Source of the DNA: Octopus vulgaris
Lineage: Eukaryota
Reading direction: 5' to 3'
DNA length: 64,000 bases
Assembly (NCBI GenBank): GCA_951406725.2
Contig: OX597814.1
Coordinates: 20,150,001-20,214,000 of the forward strand
Position numbers and translations under genes: made by a program. This document shows positions 53,996-64,000 of the stretch, in pieces. Every line of letters begins with the position of its first letter. The stretch's first letter is position 1. The notes beneath the pieces are model-generated. The model worked only from the letters and a program-made list of their open reading frames with translations, ran no database searches and was not told the origin of the DNA.

Positions 53996-55910
53996 AATGA
54001 AAGGAAAGAAAATGATGGACAAAATGTGCCACCACATTAAATGTTACAGTGCTTGCATAACACTCTAAATCTTTGAAGCCATTAAATTTTCTTTCTTTCT
54101 CTTTTTTTTTTTCAAATTGCTTGTTTCTTTCAAACCTTTGTTTACTAAGACTTGCAGGAAAGACATGAACAGAATTAAATTCCATTGGGCTAATATGTTC
54201 TACAAAAGAGTTATTGATAAAGGCACTTTCCTTTGGTAAGGGTTCCACAGATATTAGTGATAGTGATGTTAGAGTTATCATGCATGCCAGGAAGACAGTG
54301 TTGTTCGGCAAAGTTTCGACATGGGTCAAGCAATCTAACCCCAAGGGCTCCTTTGATGTGACTAGTGATTAGTGCCTATTGGTTGGACACAACTAGAGTG
54401 ATGAGAGTATGAGAGGCAAGTGGGATGGGAATGTCTGAGTGGAGATGGCATGAGCCCAGTCAACCCTGAAGAGTATTAGCAGTAGAAAAGGCAGAGAGGG
54501 CCAGAGGCTTGAGCATATCTGTGAGTGTCTTTATACCAATCAGTTGTATGGCCCTTTTCTTGATGCAGTCTAGGATTTCTGTGTGTCTAGCACCACCACC
54601 ACCATCCCTCAGGTAAGAGCAATATTTCCAATCTAAGCTTTATAGAGTAGCAGTAATTGTTGGGTGTTGAACTATATATGCCAGCTCTGGAGAAAAGACT
54701 CAGTTACTGGAATGTGGTCCCAACTATGTCGAGGATGTGCTTTTGTCAATAGAGTCTCTCAATAATTGTGCCAATAATTAGAGAAATTGTCAGGGCTCTA
54801 GCTGAGAGCTGATTAGGGTGGCTGACACAATGGTGCTTTTTTTTTTTTTTGAAATGTATAATGTTTGTGTTTTTTGCAAGAGACATGATAGTTATTTTCC
54901 CATAAGAAGATACATTGGAGGTCACTATTCATGGAGTCAAAGTGAATTTGGCATGTAGTGTTTAGGTTGTAAGTGGGTGCTTCAGGGTTCAATCTACTGT
55001 GCTGCACCTGATAAATGTTTTCTACTATAGCCTTGATTTTATGCGTGTGTGTGTGTGTGCATGCGTGCGTGTGTGTGTGCATGCATGCATGAGTGTGTGT
55101 ATGATGTGTCTTCCACCATTGTATGTCCAGCAAGGATATAATCTTTGGTCAGAAAATTACAAAAGATAAAAAACAATTTCTTTTGAGATATTTCTTCTGC
55201 ATTGAAGAAAGCTCTTCCTTGTTACTCTTATCATCAGAAAACAATGGTTATCCAATTGTCAACCAATAAGGAATGATACTATTGTTCACAAATTGCAATA
55301 TAAAATAGACAACTAAAATAAAGACAAAGCGCAGTGCATACCTTTACAGACAGGTGAGATTGATATATGACTCATATCAAGCCTGTATATGTTCACAAGA
55401 AACATGATCAGGTGAGGAATTAAGTTGGCTGAATGCTTACACTCTAGTGAACTCCATTAAAGGACACCATAGACAAAGTGGTGGTAATAAACTAAATGCT
55501 ATGTTGGGCTTATAGGTTTCCCACCCAATGTGTTTGTGTCTGTATATGTGTGTATATGTGTTTGTGTTTGCATGTATGTATGTATGTGTGTGTGCACATG
55601 TGTTTGTGTGTGTTTGAGAGAGACAGATAGACAGATAGACAGAGAGGGCAGGAGAGAAAAATAAAGAAAGAAAGAGAGAGAGAGGGATAAAGAAATAATG
55701 AGTGTGAGAGAGAAAATAAAGAGAGGTGTATATCATCGTTGTCATCATCATCATCATTTAACATCCACTTTTCCATGCTTGCATGAGTCAGATGGTATTT
55801 GTAGAGGCAGATTTTCTACAGTTGGATGCCCATCATGTCTGCAACAAAAAGTTAATGGCTCCTTCATTGTCATCATCATCATCCTCATCATCACCACCAC
55901 CACCACCACC

Positions 55911-55958
<48 letters not shown>

Positions 55959-57095
55959 TGTTTTAAATCCGGGTTTTGTCCCCGTTAATGGTGGTGGCTG
56001 GATCTACCTCAATGCCATAGCAACTGCCCTCACACCATCTCGCCACCTTGCCCGGTTTTGTAATTGAATCGTCCAGTTAGTAACCAGAATATTCCGTCAA
56101 CTGAATTATCAACTCAATGAATAATACATGTGGCTGAGTATTTCATAGACATGTGTATCCTTAATGAGATCTTTACACAGCATCAATGTGATCTAGTTGT
56201 TTGTAACAAAGATGGTATATAGCCACAAGCATGATTGTGCAGTAAGAAGTTTGCTTCTTGATCACATGGTTCTGGGTTCAGTCCCACTGATAGCATCTTA
56301 GGCAATTTTCTACTGTAGCCTCAGGCTGAATAAAGCTTTGTGAGTGGATTTGGTTGGCAGAAACTGAAAAAAGCCCATCATATGTGTGTTTGTGTATGTA
56401 TCTATCAACATGATGGAACACAGTGACCCAAAATCTTTAATTACAAAATGACCCTTTGATCACTCGGCTGCATCTACACCCATATGCATGCACTAAGTAC
56501 ACATGAACATTCCTCTCCCATATATGTTACAACAAATGCGTGTAATGTCATGATATAAGATAATCTGTTCATGTATCACTGATAAAGAATTTGAACATTA
56601 GTAAGTTATTGTTACACATTAAGTGGAGTACACACACTTCATTTCTTTCTGGCTTTCACATACTCTGTCTATTCAATGTTCATGTTTTGCTAGCATACAA
56701 AAACATTTTATGATCTTGCCTCACTGGATAAGATAAGCCTTTTGTTACTGACAGAAATAATAACTACCTGAAAGTTTTCTAGCCTATTCTTAGTATAATT
56801 ACTATACTTTTTCGACCCCTGCCACTACAACTGATTATGTCACCTTACTGTCAAAAACTTTGATCAAACTTTCAGGCAATTGAAAGAGTTCACTTCAGAT
56901 ATACTATTACTACTAACTTCTGTGAATTTTCTACAGAAGAAATCTTACTCTGTTACCCTGTATGTGTTTCCACTTCACTTTGTGAGCATCTATAGTTTAC
57001 GTTATCAACAGTATTGAATTCCTACAGTTTCCTTTACTACATATGGAGCATAGCTAATTTACTGCCAAATGGCAGCAGAATTCTGTATTTGCTCA

Positions 57096-57492
57096 TCTTT
57101 ATATATAAAAGTGAAGTTGTATGTCTGTCTCCTACAATTTAGATTCCTAACTACTCCCACATTTTGCGGTGCAGTGTAACCAAAAGCGGGTATCTTATAG
57201 TCGTGATTCATATCGAGCCCTTCTGGGTATTAGCGTGCGTCTACGATGAGTCTACGATTTAAAAAAAAATTTACCATCAATTTTTCTCATTTTTAATGCA
57301 TTTTTTTTGCTATTATATAAGGGAAGTAACTCTCTAAAAATGTATTATTAAATCTCAGAACGTAAAAAGCTACAGTAACCCCCCCCCTTTGTGGTTAGCC
57401 ATATTGCGATGGCTATTATACTTTACATCTCTAAAAATGCTTATATAGTTATTTCCCTTACAAACCCGAGCAACGCCGGGGGATACTGCTAG
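57096..57492 (+). mobile_element. Non-autonomous Helitron-like element (second subtype)
   Basis: A|TCTTTATATATAAAA...CCCGAGCAACGCCGGGGGATACTGCTAG|T. Confidence 0.8.
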
Positions 57493-57787
57493 TACTTAAT
57501 AAAACTTTTGACATGAGCTACTTTTAGGCTTCTTTTTCTAGCTTTGCTTCCATGCATAGAATATTTATTCTAATACTTAATCTGACTTGGTTATGAGAGC
57601 CATATTGCTAGCATATAGGAGTTTCATGAATCTCAAGGGCATGTTTGTGTGTGTGTGCTTGCATGTGTGTATGCAGTACATGTATGTATGTATGTATGTA
57701 TGTATGTATGTATGTATGTATGTATGTATGTATGTATGTGTGTGTGTGTATGTATGTATGTATGCAAGTATGCATGTATGTATGTTA

Positions 57788-58266
57788 TTATTCAGTTTTA
57801 TTTCAAGATTTCTGGCCAACAGAGAAAGAGCCGGTTTCTAATCTAGACCCAAGGCACCTTCATTGGAATTTCACCATCAACAATAGGGTATTTCTGTGTG
57901 TGTGTGTGTGTTTTGCTTTATGTATGTCTTTTCATGCATATACTTGCATATCTAGACATACTCATATATACTTAAATGATAAACTTCTGGTAAGTTTTAC
58001 AGGTTTCTACAGTTCCTGTGATGGACTAGATCTGTAGTCTGCAAATCAGCTTTCTCCTTTCTGGTTTCAAGAATCCTAATTTCTCAAGATTTGTATTTAG
58101 GCAGTGTGTTACATATCCCAGTGCCACGATAATTACAGGTATAAATCTGAACTTGTAATCTGGATAGAACAACTGCAGATTTCTCAATTGTTCGGCATAG
58201 GTATTGTCTTTTTCACTGATCTTCAGCTTTATGTTAACATCCACTGAGCAGCTGATTTTCCACAAC

Positions 58267-58268
<2 letters not shown>
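57788..58268 (-). mobile_element. R4-clade 3' end beside (CA)n and (TACA)n; related decayed copies at 4150-5080(+) and 43520-44640(+)
   Basis: ISCSVDVNIKLKISEKDNTY..FRFIPVIIVALGYVTHCL..LEKLGF. Similar translated remnants occur at 4835-5080 and 43908-44070. Confidence 0.75.
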
Positions 58269-58319
<51 letters not shown>

Positions 58320-59239
58320 ATGTGTATGTTTGTATGCATATATGTATGCATGTACATATGTGTTATACACAAAGACATATACATCATTATCATCATCATC
58401 ATCATCATCATCATCGTTTAACGTCTGCCTTCCATGCTGGCATGGACGAGATGGTTTGACAGGAGCCGACCAAGTAGAAACCTGCACTAGACTTCTGTGT
58501 CTGTTTTGGCAGGGTTATTACGGCTGGATGCCCCTCCTAACACCGGCCATCCAGCAGAGTGGACCGAGTGCTTTTTATGTGGCACAAGCACAGGTAAGGT
58601 CAGTTTTGGCAAGGTTTTTACAGCTGGATGCCCTTTCAAACAACAACCCCTTTACAGTGTGGACTGGATGCTTTTTAAGTGGCATCCGCACTGACAAGGT
58701 CACCAAGTAGCTTGCAAGACAAAATCTTTTGAGAGGGGAGGGGGCATTGGAGGTAGTATTCTTGTATCAGATGATGGAAGGTTATAGTGAGACAGTGACA
58801 GAGACAGAAACAGGTCTTGGTGTAGAGGAGGTACAAGGTTACCTGATGAGAGAGAGAGAGGGAGAGAGAGAGGAGAGAGAGAGAGAGGGGAGAAAGAGAG
58901 AGAGATCAGGAATGAGGACAGAAACAAGTGTACTGCTGTAAAAGAGATACATGGTTACTCAACCTGAGGGACCAGCAGGAATTCAGAGAGACAGTGGGAG
59001 ACAGTAGGATAGAGATGGTGGCAAAGTGCTGGGTATACTTACTAGGGTCGGGGATCAGAATATAAATGGGATGGTTGAGTAAAAGAAGTGAGAGATATAT
59101 GGTGGCAAGTGCTAGGGCATACCCTTGAGGTTCAAAGATCATAATATATGTGACAGGACATTGCCAAAGAAGCATGAGTAGAAGGTGGGTAAGGGGAATG
59201 CAGTGAGTAGTGAAAATCTGGGTATATAGAGTTGGGTGG

Positions 59240-59582
59240 GGCTATCGAATAGCAACGATACAGAGAAACAGGGTTGTGAAGATAGGATTGGGGAGTGAGA
59301 GGTAAGCATAGTATATGAAGGAGGAAATGTGAAGAAGAGAAGAGATGTAGTTTGATTTGTTGGGGTAGGGTGTGTGAAAAGTTTTCTTGTTATGTGTGAG
59401 TGGAACATACAGGTCAGGGGTTAGCAGATAGCAATGATACAATGAGACAGGGCCAAGAGGACAGGATTGGGGAGTGAGAGGTAAGCATAGAGCATGAAGG
59501 AGGAAATGTGAGGAAGAGAAGAGATGTAGTTTGGTTTGTTAGGGTAGGGTGTGTGAAAAGCTTCTATGTGGGGGGAACACAG
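59240..59582. repeat. Diverged tandem duplication of ~180 bp
   Basis: AGGATTGGGGAGTGAGAGGTAAGCATAG..GAGATGTAGTTTG..GTGTGTGAAAAG occurs at ~59284 and ~59463. Confidence 0.85.
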
Positions 59583-60675
59583 AGTGCTTCTAGAACTTAG
59601 TTTCACTGATGTGGGTGGGTTTTCTAAAGAACCTCATATTGCCAGACATCTCGGTCCATTGTCATTTTCTCTGTGAGGCCCAACATCCTGACATCCTTAC
59701 CACTTCATTCCATGTCTTCCTGGGTCTCCCTCTTCCACAGGTACCATCCACTTTCAGTGATCAGCACTGCTTTATGCAGCTGCCCTCTTACATATGCATT
59801 ACATGTCTTCTCTCTTGCATGCTACATTTGATTCCTCTTATGCCCAACTTTTCTCTTAATACATTTGCACTTTGTTGTGCATACACACTGATGCTGCACA
59901 TCCAATGGAGCATATTACCTTCATTTCTCTCCATTCTGTACATGTCTTCTGCTTCCAGAATCCATGTCTCACTACCAGGGAGTATAACTGTTCATACACA
60001 AGCATCATACAGTCTGCCTTTCACTCTGAGAGGCAGTCCTTTTGTTACCAACAGAAGTAATAACTCTCTGGACTTCTTCCACCCTATTCTTATTCTAAAA
60101 ACAATACTTTCAGAGCATCCTCCACCATTGCTAATTTAGTCACCTAGGTAACAGAAGCTATCTACAGCCTCAAGATAACTTCCTGGGCATTTGAGAGAAT
60201 CTAAGAGTACTTAGTGCTTACTGTTCTTGCACATCTGCCACATACAAAAATGGCCTTATCTGTTAATCTACCTGTGATTCTACTGCACCTCTTATGTGTC
60301 CATACACTAGACACAATGAATAGAATCTCTTCCAACTCCTTTACTACATATTGAGCAGGGTCATTTACCTGAGAAAGAGAGTTTTATCTTCTTTCTTGCT
60401 AACAACTTTGGTCTTTGCTAGGTTAACTTTAAGGCCCTTTGATTCTAGGTTTTGTTTCCATACATGAAAGTTCCTCTCCAATTCTGCAATAAGAGTGAAG
60501 TCATCAGCATACAGCAGTTCCCACAGGCATGATGATGATGAATTCCAATATTTTAAATCTGGGTTTGTCCCCATTAATGGGGGTGGCTGGATTTACCTCA
60601 CTCTTACAGCAACCGGCTTTCACACTATCCCGCCATCTCACCTGGTTTTGGGCATCCTCCCTCCTCAAGCCAACC

Positions 60676-60898
60676 TATTTCTTTATTACCCACAAGGGGC
60701 TATATATAGAGGGGACAAACAAGGACAGACATAGGCATTAAGTCGATTACATCGACCCCAGTGTGTAACTGGTACTTAATTTATCGACCCCGAAAGGATG
60801 AAAGGCAAAGTCGACCTCGGCGGAATTTGAACTCGGAATGTAGCGACAGACGAAATACCGCTAGGCATTTTTGTCTAGCATGCTAACGATTCTGCCAA
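60676..60898 (-). mobile_element. tRNA-derived Meta-domain-like SINE (family 3); copies at 6876-7085(-), 15935-16115(-), 16143-16265(+), 40250-40465(+), 41447-41655(+), 44330-44547(-), 53050-53256(+)
   Basis: GAGTTCAAATTCCGCCGAGGTCGACTTTGCCTTTCATCCTTTCGGGGTCGATAAATTAAGTACCAG core. Flanking direct repeat CTCCCTCCTCAAGCCAACC at 60657-60675 and 60899-60917. Confidence 0.85.
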
Positions 60899-62742
60899 CT
60901 CCCTCCTCAAGCCAACCCTCCCAATCTCCTCCTCCACCTGTCACTTCCATGTTTTCTTTGGTTGACCTCGCTTTCGCAGTTCATTCACTTTAAACTCAAG
61001 CACTCTCCTCAGAACATGATCCTCATCCTCCTTCAACACATGTCCATACCACTACACTTCATTCGCCCTTGCCAGCTGTTCCAATCACAGCATCCCCATT
61101 AAGTACTCAGCCTTCTTTTTATCCAATAATTTCACACCACACATTGCTCTTTCAGTCCTTAAAATTGCCATTTTGCTTTCCCTCAGACACCCTTGCAGAT
61201 CTCATGCAACTCCGATAAACCCTTTCTTTCATCTTCAAGGAGAACCTTTTCCCATATAATAATGCTCTGCATTCCCTAAACTTCACCCAGGCAAGTCTTG
61301 CTCTTGCTGTCATAGATGCCTCACATCCACCACTTACATCCACCCTATCTCCCAAATAAAAAAACCCTCTCACTGTTTCTACCTCATCGTATAGAATTTC
61401 CACTGGTTCCACCAGCCCTCCATCTCCTTTCTCGCATCTTCCACAAATAAAGTCTCTTGCCAGTCTTGGGGGGTCACCTTCTTCAGTTTTGTACATCTAC
61501 CATGAATCGATTTCTCACATTTCATACACAACATCGCATTTGCAATTACCTTCCCACACACACCATATGGATCTACCTTACTCACTAACACTTCTCCTTC
61601 CATCCCACTCACTATCACCTTTGTCTTCCTGAGGTTTACCTTCAAATCCTTGCTTTCAAATGCCTCCTTTCATTTCCAAAACTTCTCCCTCAATCCCGCC
61701 ATCATCTCACTCATCAGAACAAGGTCATCTGCATACAGTAACTCCAGTATCAATCCCTCTCTTGCACTCTCTGTCACCACATCAACCACTATTGCAAATA
61801 ACAACGGTGACAACACAGATCCCTGATGCACACCAACTTTCACCACAAACTCCTCCAACAGCTCTGATCCAACTCTACCTCTTGTCTTTACCCTTTCATA
61901 CACTCTATCTGGGTTCTCATCCAGCCCGCTCAACTTCTACTTACCCTCCTTCCTCATAGATCTCACAACCACCCCCTTTGCATCCAGTTTTGAATTCTTC
62001 TGTTATGGCCTAGAGGACTATAATGAATAAGAGTGAGCTGAGAACTGAGCCTTGGTGATCCCCTACTTGTACACTAAATTCATCACTGTATTTGTGGTCA
62101 ACTTACTGATAGCATCACTGTACATGGCTTGTACAGCTCTAACAAGTCACTCTTCTACTCCTAGCTTCCTTAGAGAGACCACTAGACAACAGAGCAGGGA
62201 ACTCCATCAAAAGCTTTCTTCAGATCAATGAAGGCTAAGTACAATGGTTTACTTTTGGCCGAAGTACTTTTTCTGCAAGTGTCTCACTAGGAAGATGGCA
62301 TCTGTGGTACGCTTCTGAGGTACAAAACTAAACTGCATCTCATCAAACTTAATTCTATTCCTGATCAATTGAGCTACAATGAGTGTATGAGAACAGGAAA
62401 TGTAGGTTGACCTGGGAAAGAGGATAGGGTGGCTACATAGGATGGCTTAAGTATTATATGTCTAAATATTTATAAATCAAGTACCGTTAACTGTATACAA
62501 CACTCATTCAGGTGCTTGCTTGAAGGTATAAGGATATAAGCAAAATATGTACTCCCACACATAGCCCAGGAGAAGTACATGAGTCACCAGGTGAAACTTC
62601 ATGTATGAATTAAAATGATGGTGGGGGAGGGAGGCAAAAGAGGTGTGCAAAAACGGATGTTGCTGTGCACAGATCTTGCGCAAAATAAGTTTAGTCCCGA
62701 CTTAGCTATATGGGCTTAGAAGAAAAGTAGTAGTATTAGACT

Positions 62743-62783
<41 letters not shown>

Positions 62784-62786
62784 TAA

Positions 62787-63062
62787 TGTGGAATCTAAAA
62801 ACAGAAACAATTCCTATCATAGTAGGTGCATTAGGCATGATAAAAAAATATTCACACAAATACATAACAAAAACACCAGGACTTACAAACACATATAACA
62901 TACAGAAAATTGCACTACTAGGCACTGCACACATCCTACGTTGAACACTTTCAATACAGTAACCATCAGAGCATCACAACAAATCACAGCACATACCCAA
63001 GGCACACAGAGCTGCACTCGGTAGTGAAGTGAAAGCACGTTATAAAAATAAAACTACTGAAT
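62787..63062 (+). mobile_element. R4/Dong-like (restriction-like endonuclease) retrotransposon 3' end in (TAA)n
   Basis: MWNLKTETIPIIVGALGMIKK..IQKIALLGTAHILR plus 3' UTR, flanked on both sides by (TAA)n. Confidence 0.8.
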
Positions 63063-63063
63063 G

Positions 63064-63102
<39 letters not shown>

Positions 63103-63740
63103 TTAATAATAATAACAATAGCAATAAATACTAAATTAATACACATGTACATTTTAATCAGCAAATTTATTGTATAAATATTTTGCAATGGGAAGGGGAG
63201 GGTGTCTGAAATTGAAATGAAATACATGTGGCCTTGGCAAACGAGATACTGAAAACCTAGATTCATTGACTATGTCACATTTGAACAATAATAAAAACTT
63301 AGCTGTTAGTATATCTCTTATCTTTTATCTTTTTACTTATTTTAGTAATTTGACTACAGTCATGCTGGGGCACCGCCTTGAAGAGTTTATAGTCAAATAA
63401 ATCAATCCCAGGATTTATTTTTTAAAGCCTAGTACTTAATCTATTGGTCTCTTTTGCTGAACCACTAATTTATGGGGATGTAAACACACCAACACCAGTT
63501 ATGAAGTTGTGGCAAGGGAACAAAAACAGACACATAGATACACACACACACACACATATATACGATGGGCTTCTTTCAGTTTCTGTCTACCAAATCCACT
63601 CACAAGGCTTTAGTCAGCCTGAAGTTATTATTGGAGACACTCACCTAAGGTTCCATGCAATGGAACTGAACCCAGAACCACATCGATAGGAAGCAAGCTT
63701 CTTACCACACAGTCACGCCTGAGCCTATAAAATAATGGTG

Positions 63741-63832
63741 CACCCACAGAGGGACTTGAACCTGCAACCCATAGATCATTTTTCAGGTCAACTTTTATAA
63801 GTTTGTTGCTCTACTGGCTGAGCAATGTGGGG
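63741..63832 (-). pseudogene. tRNA pseudogene with a retained intron-like insert (Lys-like body, TAT anticodon)
   Basis: The minus strand reads CCCCACATTGCTCAGCCAGTAGAGCAACAAACTTATAA-(~18 nt)-ATCTATGGGTTGCAGGTTCAAGTCCCTCTGTGGGTG. The acceptor stem is 6/7 paired, the D stem is GCTC/GAGC and A and B boxes are present. Anticodon and T stems are mismatched. Confidence 0.6.
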
Positions 63833-64000
63833 AAAAAAATCTTTGAAGAAAGTTGATTAATACAAAGAGTTTCTTAAGCTTTTCAAACCTGTAGAAGAGA
63901 GTAATTATTTGGACCTTGAGTATATGGTTAGTAATATGCTGATAAAAGCACTTTCACTGTCTAGACTACCTGATGCCACTCACAGCTTTAATACAAGTGT

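Larger units (their letters stand above)
58385..62380 (-). mobile_element. Degraded RTE LINE interrupted by a second RTE subfamily (60530-61980), which itself contains a SINE
   Basis: The host RT reads EFKTGC|LWELLYADD across the insertion (GCAT at ~60527 and ~61980). The inner RTE has GVHQGSVLSPLLF..LLYADDLVL (ORF 61670-61933). Confidence 0.85.

Noticed and set aside
55180-55241. CTGATGA...GAAATATC on the minus strand; similar partial motifs at 7599, 13595 and 22863
   Set aside because: Stem II or stem I cannot be formed, or GAAA is missing.

Overview
Eukaryotic, AT-rich, repeat-saturated DNA. The SINE, LINE and microsatellite repertoire looks like an octopus (coleoid cephalopod) genome; this is an inference. 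The only host coding sequence I can support is a large first coding exon of sedoheptulokinase (SHPK, minus strand, 31259-30496) with a CpG-retaining promoter. No later SHPK exon is visible, so 1-30495 is probably one intron of more than 30 kb. The rest is nested transposon debris: RTE LINEs and their 3' ends, R4/Dong-like fragments in microsatellites, a CR1-type LINE, Penelope-like elements, three or four tRNA-SINE families, five Helitron-like elements, a mariner remnant, a hAT MITE, a probable solo LTR and an intron-containing tRNA pseudogene. The main hidden signal is about a dozen minimal type-I hammerhead ribozyme motifs. Most sit in short non-coding elements beside (TA)n tracts, several are in fold-back palindromes, and one pair lies in the inverted terminal repeats of a Penelope element. 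There is also an ~885-bp palindrome just inside SHPK intron 1. Nearly all listed ORFs are microsatellite or transposon noise. All coordinates were read by eye and repeat boundaries are approximate.
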